Virus record (IMG/VR): IMGVR_UViG_3300046168_000050
From: a virus
DNA: 64,000 nt
Reading direction: 5' to 3' (one strand)
In this document: positions 55,786 to 64,000 of the stretch, piece by piece
Position numbering within the stretch: position 1 is the first letter of the stretch
Layout: each line of letters opens with the position of its first letter
Notes under the pieces: generated by a model
Database searches by the model: none
Told to the model about the DNA's origin: nothing
Seen by the model: only the letters and a program-made list of their open reading frames with translations
Position numbers and translations under genes: made by a program

Positions 55786-58312
55786 TTAACCTTCTAATGA
55801 AGCTGTTGGTGGTGTGAAGTTTGCGGTGTAGCGAGCTAGGCCTTTAGTGACTCTCAAATCTTGGATATACCCGTGATGTAAATAAGAAGTACTATAGTAA
55901 CCACCAATAACCATATATGTGCTAGTATAATCATGCGAATCTGATATAGAAATTTCTTCTGTGCCGTCGATATATAGTTTTGTGGTGCCGCTGTTTCTAA
56001 CCACGGCGGTATGATACCAAGTATTAGTTGATAATGAAAAACTAGGGCCATTTATTCCAGCAGATCCACCACCCGCATAAATTTGCCAAAGACCTGTTTG
56101 AAAACCTAATGCTAATGTTTGACCATAATTTGTTGACTGTAATCCACCCGCAGTTGATGATATTTGCCAAATTCCTTTGTGGTTTGCGATAGACTTATTT
56201 ACCCAGCATTCTACCGTAAAATTACCAGTTCCCATTCTTAATAAATCACTACTCAGTGTGCTCAAATACATCACCTGTTCCATCAAAGTACATTGACTTC
56301 GCACCAGTAAATTTAGTCGTGGTTGATCCAGTAGTATTACCAACCAGCTTTAAGTTAGCGGCCTGAGATTTATCTATGATCGAAGCGTCTGTGCCTTTGA
56401 TATGTAACTCTGCACCAGTTGAAGATAGAGGAGCAGTAGGTGGAGTAAATTCTCCAGAATATATTACACTTTTATTAATCCTTAGATCTGAAATATATGC
56501 TTTAGCCTGTTGAGAGCCGTCTGATTGATATAGCCACGGTTGCCCGACTTTGTAATTTACACTAGAATAAGTGTGTGAGTCTGAGGTACTAATTACTTCT
56601 TTACCGTCAACATAAACTTTAAACGTTGAGCCGTTATGAACAGCGGCAACGTGGTGCCACCCTATTCCAAATATTGTAGTAAAAGGATTTCCATTTGCAT
56701 TCCAAGTAAGATTTGTTCCAGTAGTAGAATTAAAAATATATGCCCCATATCTTCGAAGCTGTATTCCATATTGAGAACCTATATCTGTGGTTGTAAAGTA
56801 TCCTCCGTATGTTGTATTACCGCCTGTTCCATCATCATATATCCACATTTCTACAGTAAATGTCGTGCCCAATCCACCTGAAGATAATGTTCCCGATAAA
56901 TGACCGCCATTAGCCTCAATAAAAACAGATCCACCGTGATCTGTTGCTGAGTATTCTAAGTTGTCATACGGGCTAAACGGACGGATAAAAATATTATTAC
57001 CATTGATAGTAATAGTTTTTGGACTAGAACTTCTTTCTAAAAAATCTGGACCTGAACATCCTAAGAAAACCGTTCCAGTATCAGAGGTTACAGCTGTAGC
57101 AATTGAAGAAGTAGTGGGCTCATTTGCGTATCCTGCTACGATATGAACATCTTTCATATATCCTTTATAATCATTCACACCTTGATATGTTTCACCAAGT
57201 TTACAACCTTGGGCAGTAAAATTTGTAGTATCAGTTACTGTGGTGCCTACCTGAGTACCGTTTAAGAATAATTTATTATTTCCAGATCCATCCCTTGTCC
57301 AACACAAATGGATCCATTCATTTACCGCTGTTGGTGCATCACTATTACTAATATTGAAAATGTATGAAGATTGATTGTGAACTCTTATTAATTGACCGGG
57401 CCATATTTTTAAATACCAACCTGTACCCGAACCAGTTTGATTGTCAATTATGGTCTGTTGCTGCGTATTATTATCAATATATATCCATGCACTTACTGTC
57501 AACGCTCCACTTCCTAATGCATAGTCTGATGAATTTGCACTAACATACGCATTTCCAGCAGTATCAGGAAAATATGTACTATATCCACCATGTCTATACG
57601 GGCTAAACGTACCAGCGTAAGCATCACCATTTACAGTGATGGTATGATTGTTAGAAGACGCATCAGTAATGTTATTATTATCTGACGTATCAGTTGCTGT
57701 CGCTAATAAAGTAGTGTACTTACTGTCAGTAATTATAGTAATAAAATTTAATGTAAAGCCGTTAGCGCTCGTCGCAGTATTAATTCCGTCGCTAGCTGTA
57801 AATGTTAGACTAAATGTGCCAGCATAAGCTTCAGTTGTAGAAGGAGTAACAGTGAATACATTATCGCTCTGAGCAACAGTAGCGGTTGTGCCACCTCCAT
57901 TAGTTAAGCTTCCAGCCGTTACGCTATATCCATATGTTAATGGCACGTCTTCAGGGTCATTTGCTGTAATTGTAATTACAGTAGCAGTTCCATCAGTTGC
58001 TAAAGTAAACGGAGTTGTTCCTGCTGAAGCATCTTGTACAGAAGTAATATTAGGGTTAGTGTTTACTAGCGATATAGAATACCACCCAGAACCATTATTA
58101 ATGTAAAACCTATTAGTACTATTAACATAAGCCATAGCACCGGCATCATTACCTGACAGCGGTAAAAGCTCAGCGGAATCATAAACAGAAGCTCCAGCAG
58201 CTACATCTGCAAATACTATTCCTCCAGATCCAGTACTTTGAAGGAACTGCCCATTGCTGCCACTATCTAGCACATTAGCTAATGTGCTTAAATTCTTTGC
58301 ATTCGCTGTCAT
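55786..58312 (-). CDS. fibre-like virion protein with LamG domains, split by one extra base at ~56269
   Basis: YFDGTGD continues as YLSTLSS...FTVECW in other frame; paralogue of 52374 gene. Confidence 0.75.
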
Positions 58313-58322
58313 TGTTTAGCCT

Positions 58323-61300
58323 CTATACTACTTTAACTTTAAAATTGGCAGATATAATAGAAGTAAATTCAACTGTACTTGTTCCAGCAAAATTTGCTCT
58401 ATAATCAGTTTCAGGCACCGCTTGTCTATACTTTGATGCCGCATCATAATTAATTGTAACACCATCTGATATTGGGCTAATACCAGAATCAGCATATAGC
58501 GCAATCATTAGATCTAATGTATCTGCACTATCTTGGCTAAAATGATATCCATCAGCTACTGAGTCAAGTTGAGCTTTATTCATTCTATTAAACGCCTGAG
58601 ATGTTAAAGCTTGCTGTAGTGTTGCGTGTTCATTATTATTTGTACCATTGACCCAAGTTTCAGACGTGCCATACTCTGATTCAGTTCCAGCGGTATATTG
58701 ATATATTACATCATTAGCGCCTATTGCATAAAATGTGGCACCATTATGCGAATAGAAAAATGCTTCAGGTACCGTTGTTTGACTTGATATTGACACTGAA
58801 ATACCATCTTTATTTATGGTTGATAAATCCCAAGGTGTAGATAAACTATATTGATGTATTGCATCAGTATTATATCCAGCAAAATATAATTTTGTACCAG
58901 TATTGTTAAATGTTACTCCAGTAGTACTACCTTCAGATGACGGCGCTTGATCAAAGCGAATCTCTGCTAAATATGCATTACTAGTAACATCAAGCGTGGA
59001 TAAATCTCCAGGAGTAGAAAGGGCATATTCTCTTAACTTATCGTCTTGACGGCTACCAACATAAAATCTAGTATCGTTTTTGCCTATAGAAATTATCTCT
59101 GTACCGTACGCGTCTGCTGGGCTTTTTAATACATTATTATATGAACCGGTAGAAATGTCCCATGGCGTAGACATTGTAAATTCCATAATACCACCATTAG
59201 TACTATATGAACCACAATAGAATTTAGATCCATTTGAATTGATAGTAAGACTTGATAAAGGATTATTACTATTTGTTGACATTGCACTTACTAAACTAAA
59301 CGTTTTATTGTCATAAGAAGCTGTTGAGATATCATATGCAGTAGAAAGAGTATATTGAAATATTCCCCTAACACCACTAGACGCAGATTGACAAACATAA
59401 AGTTTAGTGCCATCTGGCTTTATAAAAAGATCTAAAGCAGATGTGCCTTCCGCAGAAACGTCCTTTGATTTATTTGCATACGTGGTGCCAGTTAACGATG
59501 GAACAGAAGTTCCGCCATTATTATTATATTGCCAAGTTCCGGAATTATTCTTTGCAATTTTTCTTACACCATCTGATGCCTTTGCTACACCCCAACTTGT
59601 TCTATTGTCTGTCGAGACTGCATAGAATATATCACCAGCATTCTTGGTTTCGTCTGCTGCCATGGAGTTGATATCTAACCAGCTTGATGAATTGATTTGA
59701 CCAGAAGAAGAATTAGTAAGAGCTGGAGAGTAGGTAGAGTATGGATGAACTGTTGAAGTTCCGCCCGTAATTTCATATATCGGGTTAGCACCACCATTAT
59801 TATTATATATAACCCACATTCTTTTCCCGTCACTAGACATTGATAAACCGCCATAAGTAATATTATTGCTGCTATTACCAGTAAGAGTTGATAAATCCAT
59901 TGCCCCTGATGTTTTCGTTAAACTATTACCAGAATTGCCTACACTAAATGCGCTAGGTAATGAATATACTTCAATACCACCATCGCCTAGACCGCTACCG
60001 TGCATCATAAGTTTAAGACCATCTGGCGATATTGCTATTGCCTCTGGATCTGAATTTCCATCAAAGTTTGCAAAAGATGTATATGACATAGTAGACATAT
60101 CCCATCCAGTCGAAAGTGCAAATTCAACAACTGAGTGGTATGGATTATTATCCCACATTATTGTTATCATTTTTGTTCCATCAGAATTAAATTGAAAACT
60201 GAAGGGATTAAAATTCGTTGTAGACGGAACTCCATCAGCACCACTAAAACTATTCCAGTTTCCGCCATTATTAAGATAATAATAGCCATCATAACTTTGC
60301 GTACTTGGAGACCAAGGTGTGCTCAGTGTAAATTGCTTTATTAAATCACTACCATAATCAGACACCCAAATTCTAGTACCGTCTGGTTTTACAACTATAC
60401 CGAATTGATTGGAGTTAAGTTGAGATGTAAAATTATCACTCGAAGCTTCAGTCATAGTAGATAAATCAAATGCTGTAGATAAATTAAATCTTAAAACTTT
60501 TCCGGCTTTTAAAACAAGCGCTATGGTTCCTTCACTATTAAAAACAACAGAACGAAGATTATCAAAAATGCTTGAGGTAGGTGAAACATTATTATTGTAA
60601 ACCATTGAAGCGCCAGAACCACTTGCTCCTGTGGGAAATACGATATCTGATTGTGTTGAATAACCACTCAATTGAATACCACTACCATCAGCCTTACCTT
60701 GTGAAGATGTGAGTGTCCAAGAAGAAATTGCAGAAGTATCTGCAAAAGCAGTAACTGACTGATATGCGCCCGCGGCAGATGTAATAATAGCAGATCCAGA
60801 ATTGCCGGTAACTACTTTACCTACGTCTGCTTCGTTAAATGCAGTACTAGTAGACACTGAAAACTGTCTTACATAACCATTGAAACTATCACTTATATAC
60901 ATCTTACTGCCGTTGTTATTGAAAGTTATATCGGCTGCGCCCGTAGTACCTCCAAATAAAGTAGTTACATCTGCGCTTGTGTTTGTGTAACTTACTGTAC
61001 TAATATCATATGCGGTACTTAGAGTAAATATATGTGGTCCTTTAGTCGGCACATCATCGTTATTATTGACAAATAGTTTTGTTCCGTCATTATTAAATTC
61101 AATTCCATAGTTTGCCCAGCCGGTGCCGGATAGAACATACAGTGTTTGGCTTCCTGCAGTGCTAAGATCATAATTGGTTGATAGAGAATATTCTGCAATT
61201 CTACCACCAGTTGCGCCGCCATCAACTATTGAAACAAAAACTTTTGATCCATCATTATTAAAAGTAAATCCCCAAGCAAAATTATGAGCTGTCAAATTTA

Positions 61301-62030
61301 AATTTACGGAATCGTAGCTTGCTGTACTGATGTCATACGCAGTACTTAAAGAGTACTGCCAGATTCGACTTGAATTTGCTGAACCATTCCAAGCCACAGT
61401 ATAGAGTTTAGTTCCATCACCGTTAAATCTTGAGGCAGTAGGGTATGTAAATTGACTAAAAGAGTATGTTTTATTATCATATGTATTAGTACTTACATCA
61501 TATGCTGTGGAAAGACTATATTGATATATATCTCCACTACTATTATGTGCAGTTGCATACGCTTTAGTACCATTGTTATTAAATATTGTACTATAAGCTG
61601 TAAGGAATCCTGAGTATTGTGCATTTGAAACGCTATCATACGTGGCATTAGCTACATCATAGTAAGTTGTATTTGCGGCACTGTTTGTAAAAGTACCATC
61701 TCCAGTTGCGCTTGGAGTTAAATTAGCAGAAGAATAGGAAATAGGCTTTTCATCATAGAAGTCATAGTTAGTTCCGTTTGAATTAACGTCCCAGTTACCT
61801 TTACTACTTATCCCAATTTGAGGCACCTCTTTATATGCTTGAAGAATAGGAACAGGAGTAGAAGCTTTTGATAGTGTTATATTAGTTGTTTGATTTGAAT
61901 CCATAGAAGCTGTAAGAGATCCAATTGTTTCTCCACCAGCGCTTACTTCACTTGTAAATGCAATTGACCCATCATCTTCAATATTAATATTTCTAGCTAG
62001 TTTTGCAAGATTAAAATTCTTAGTTGCCAT
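58323..62030 (-). CDS. large fibre-like virion protein with beta-propeller repeats
   Basis: FN.DGTK.Y...QYSLSTAYDISTAS repeats; start MATKNF. Confidence 0.75.
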   Translation of the reverse strand: MATKNFNLAKLARNINIEDDGSIAFTSEVSAGGETIGSLTASMDSNQTTNITLSKASTPVPILQAYKEVPQIGISSKGNWDVNSNGTNYDFYDEKPISYSSANLTPSATGDGTFTNSAANTTYYDVANATYDSVSNAQYSGFLTAYSTIFNNNGTKAYATAHNSSGDIYQYSLSTAYDVSTNTYDNKTYSFSQFTYPTASRFNGDGTKLYTVAWNGSANSSRIWQYSLSTAYDISTASYDSVNLNLTAHNFAWGFTFNNDGSKVFVSIVDGGATGGRIAEYSLSTNYDLSTAGSQTLYVLSGTGWANYGIEFNNDGTKLFVNNNDDVPTKGPHIFTLSTAYDISTVSYTNTSADVTTLFGGTTGAADITFNNNGSKMYISDSFNGYVRQFSVSTSTAFNEADVGKVVTGNSGSAIITSAAGAYQSVTAFADTSAISSWTLTSSQGKADGSGIQLSGYSTQSDIVFPTGASGSGASMVYNNNVSPTSSIFDNLRSVVFNSEGTIALVLKAGKVLRFNLSTAFDLSTMTEASSDNFTSQLNSNQFGIVVKPDGTRIWVSDYGSDLIKQFTLSTPWSPSTQSYDGYYYLNNGGNWNSFSGADGVPSTTNFNPFSFQFNSDGTKMITIMWDNNPYHSVVEFALSTGWDMSTMSYTSFANFDGNSDPEAIAISPDGLKLMMHGSGLGDGGIEVYSLPSAFSVGNSGNSLTKTSGAMDLSTLTGNSSNNITYGGLSMSSDGKRMWVIYNNNGGANPIYEITGGTSTVHPYSTYSPALTNSSSGQINSSSWLDINSMAADETKNAGDIFYAVSTDNRTSWGVAKASDGVRKIAKNNSGTWQYNNNGGTSVPSLTGTTYANKSKDVSAEGTSALDLFIKPDGTKLYVCQSASSGVRGIFQYTLSTAYDISTASYDNKTFSLVSAMSTNSNNPLSSLTINSNGSKFYCGSYSTNGGIMEFTMSTPWDISTGSYNNVLKSPADAYGTEIISIGKNDTRFYVGSRQDDKLREYALSTPGDLSTLDVTSNAYLAEIRFDQAPSSEGSTTGVTFNNTGTKLYFAGYNTDAIHQYSLSTPWDLSTINKDGISVSISSQTTVPEAFFYSHNGATFYAIGANDVIYQYTAGTESEYGTSETWVNGTNNNEHATLQQALTSQAFNRMNKAQLDSVADGYHFSQDSADTLDLMIALYADSGISPISDGVTINYDAASKYRQAVPETDYRANFAGTSTVEFTSIISANFKVKVV

Positions 62031-63543
62031 CTGCATCCTCTTCATTATCATCTGGAATTTCACCTGATGACTTTTCTTGTGCTATCTGATCTTTCATCTC
62101 TTTCATCGCATCATCATCTAGTAAGAGAACGTTTTTCATTACATATTCTTTAGAGAAGAATTCACCAACATACTGCTGCATTGTATCTAGAGTCTGTAAT
62201 TTTTCTCTAAGTAACTCTGCATCTCTTAATTCAGAGAAATGATTATCTCTAATATAATCAACTACAATGTCGTTCTTCCAATTATCCCAATCTTCTTCGG
62301 TAATGACACCTTTAAGCATTAACTGCTTCTTAAGAACACCTAAGAATAAGCTTGAAAACTTATTACGCAATCTATCAATAAACTTCTGAAACTTAAGCTC
62401 ATCTCTATTTATCTCAGAAGCTCTACCTAGTAATCCAGCTGCTTGATCTTGTTCTAGGCGAGAAACAGGAACATTAAGAGCTTTATACATCTTCTTCTGG
62501 AAGTATAAGATATCATCAATCTGACCTAGATTCTCACCACCCGGTAAAGTAGTAATCTCCGTACCTCTACCACCTTCTCTGCGTGGCAACCAGAAGTCCT
62601 CTAGCATAGACATATGCTTTCGATCATCCCTGATCTTACCTGTATCAGCGTCGTACACAAGTTTATTACGATAGCGAGACATAATATCTTTCATATATGT
62701 TTCAGCTTTGCCTCTTGGCAAGTTGCCTACATCAATATAAAAGATTCTACGTTCAGGTGCTCTAGCCAGTCTGTAAATAACTAACGAGTCTTCCATCATA
62801 CGCAATTGGTTAATTGGCTTTAAAGCTTTATGAAGATGCGATACGATTCTCTTACGATCGATATCAAGCAAGCCAGAAGTGACATAAGACACAGCATCAT
62901 TTGATAGCTTTACGCCTTGATTCGTTCCACCAGCCTTTTCTTGGTAGATATAAAATTCATTTACGCTCTCTACTAATGAAGCGCCAGTAACTTCGTCTTT
63001 TTTCTTTTTTACTTCTTTTACCTTACGAATCTTAGCAGCATCAATTGGTCTTATTTCTTGAATGCCTGCTTTAGGTTGAGATTCATTAATAACAAGGTGG
63101 TGATATACTCTACCATCAATATACCATCTTCTAAATATATCATGACCTAACTCTTTGAAGTTAAGCATAGAACAAACATCTTCAAACTCTGTAGTAATTA
63201 CTTTCTTAAGTTGATCACTAAGACCCTCAACATGATCTAAGATGAGAGTAACTGGTAGTTCATTCTCACCTGATACGATAGATTCGTTTACAATATCATC
63301 AATAGCAGCATCTACTTCAGGATGATAAGATACAGCCCGGTATTGTCTAATATTCTGAATATTATCTTTTGCGTGTTCGCCGCCATCTACGTTGACATAA
63401 GTGCCATAATGCGAACCGGCTGCTGTAACATATCCAGCTCCGTCCTCATCTACAGGGGGAACAATAGAACGAAGTTTATCATCGGACTTATCTTTTGCCC
63501 GCTTAATTTCAAATCCAAAAAGTCTTATACTATCATCAGCCAT
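62020..63543 (-). CDS. 20: portal protein gp20
   Basis: WYIDGR, EDSLVIYRLARAPERRIFYIDVGN, EDFWLPRREG. Confidence 0.97.
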   Translation of the reverse strand: MADDSIRLFGFEIKRAKDKSDDKLRSIVPPVDEDGAGYVTAAGSHYGTYVNVDGGEHAKDNIQNIRQYRAVSYHPEVDAAIDDIVNESIVSGENELPVTLILDHVEGLSDQLKKVITTEFEDVCSMLNFKELGHDIFRRWYIDGRVYHHLVINESQPKAGIQEIRPIDAAKIRKVKEVKKKKDEVTGASLVESVNEFYIYQEKAGGTNQGVKLSNDAVSYVTSGLLDIDRKRIVSHLHKALKPINQLRMMEDSLVIYRLARAPERRIFYIDVGNLPRGKAETYMKDIMSRYRNKLVYDADTGKIRDDRKHMSMLEDFWLPRREGGRGTEITTLPGGENLGQIDDILYFQKKMYKALNVPVSRLEQDQAAGLLGRASEINRDELKFQKFIDRLRNKFSSLFLGVLKKQLMLKGVITEEDWDNWKNDIVVDYIRDNHFSELRDAELLREKLQTLDTMQQYVGEFFSKEYVMKNVLLLDDDAMKEMKDQIAQEKSSGEIPDDNEEDADGN

Positions 63544-63563
63544 GTTCGTTCCTAAAATTAGTT

Positions 63564-63599
63564 ATAGAGGGGCCTTTAAAGCCCCTCTATCTATTTATA
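63564..63599 (-). promoter_or_regulatory. late promoter (63592-63599) plus hairpin upstream of g20
   Basis: TATAAATA; ATAGAGGGGC..GCCCCTCTAT. Confidence 0.7.
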
Positions 63600-63604
63600 G
63601 CGCT

Positions 63605-64000
63605 TTAAGAAGTAGTCGCTGCTTCCCAATATTGCACTTGGAATTCAACTGTAAATCTTTCAATTTCATTCTCTGAAGCATAGCTCAGATCAATTGGAGA
63701 TAACCCTGTAGGGAAACATCCTCTGAAATTATAAGTTTTAGCGGTTGTGCCGTCTTTGTTAAGCTGTTCAACAATCAGGTCTGCCTCATAGTCAACAGGA
63801 TTAGTAAGACCTGTATTTGCACTATGGGCATTCATTCCGTTCATCCAACGTTCCATCGCATCGCCGGACATTAAAATCTGTGTCGTTAATAATAGTTGGA
63901 GTCCACACATCAAATGTACGATCCCCAGCCATTTTTAATTGACGACCACGGAAAGGAACAATAATTGTACCTACTGTTGATGCAGGCAACTGAGCTGCCT
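63605..64000 (-). CDS. 19: tail tube protein gp19 (3' part; one extra base at ~63865)
   Basis: LP.STVG..VPFRGRQLKMAGDRTFD.W...INDTDF then AMERWMNG, FTVEFQVQYW. Confidence 0.9.

Noticed and set aside
56260-56280. Split fibre gene as phase variation
   Set aside because: Single-base insertion outside any homopolymer or repeat; probably a read error
52374-56400. Diversity-generating retroelement TR/VR pair
   Set aside because: Similar 3' ends belong to two paralogous CDSs; no reverse transcriptase or adenine-specific pattern seen
54600-61700. CRISPR-like periodic repeats
   Set aside because: Degenerate in-frame beta-propeller coding repeats; no identical direct repeats or cas genes
216-63555. 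Numerous + strand ORFs in the track
   Set aside because: Antisense shadows of well-supported minus-strand genes; only 11124 and 17837 have RBS and free space
63855-63875. g19 pseudogene
   Set aside because: The tail tube is essential; removing one G restores DFNVRDAMERW

Overview
This 64 kb window is part of an AT-rich T4-like (Tevenvirinae-like) myovirus genome, with almost all genes on the minus strand. The host is probably a marine alphaproteobacterium, judged from a two-piece permuted tmRNA, a ROSE-type thermometer on the sHSP gene, DUF1127 and a COX-IV-like gene. Left to right it holds: an overlapping spanin pair; a late block of probable head-internal proteins, many with T4 capsid-targeting-like N-termini, including an HxGH nucleotidyltransferase, a ligase-fold protein and a PD-(D/E)xK protein; a late operon of exported proteins with a pilin-like and a chaperone-like gene; an outer-membrane protein and tmRNA; a DNA hypermodification and nucleotide cluster (gp42-type dCMP hydroxymethylase, amino acid:DNA transferase, PLP enzyme, SGNH-like protein, ThyX); the T4 replication/recombination core (41, uvsX, AEP primase-like, 43, regA, 62/44/45, 46/47, 55, uvsW, uvsY); head genes (3, 23, 22, 21, 67, 20); about 12 kb of fibre-like genes inserted between g20 and g67; and the 3' end of g19. 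Three single-base frameshifts look like sequencing errors. All family calls come from recognising motifs by eye, not from database searches.
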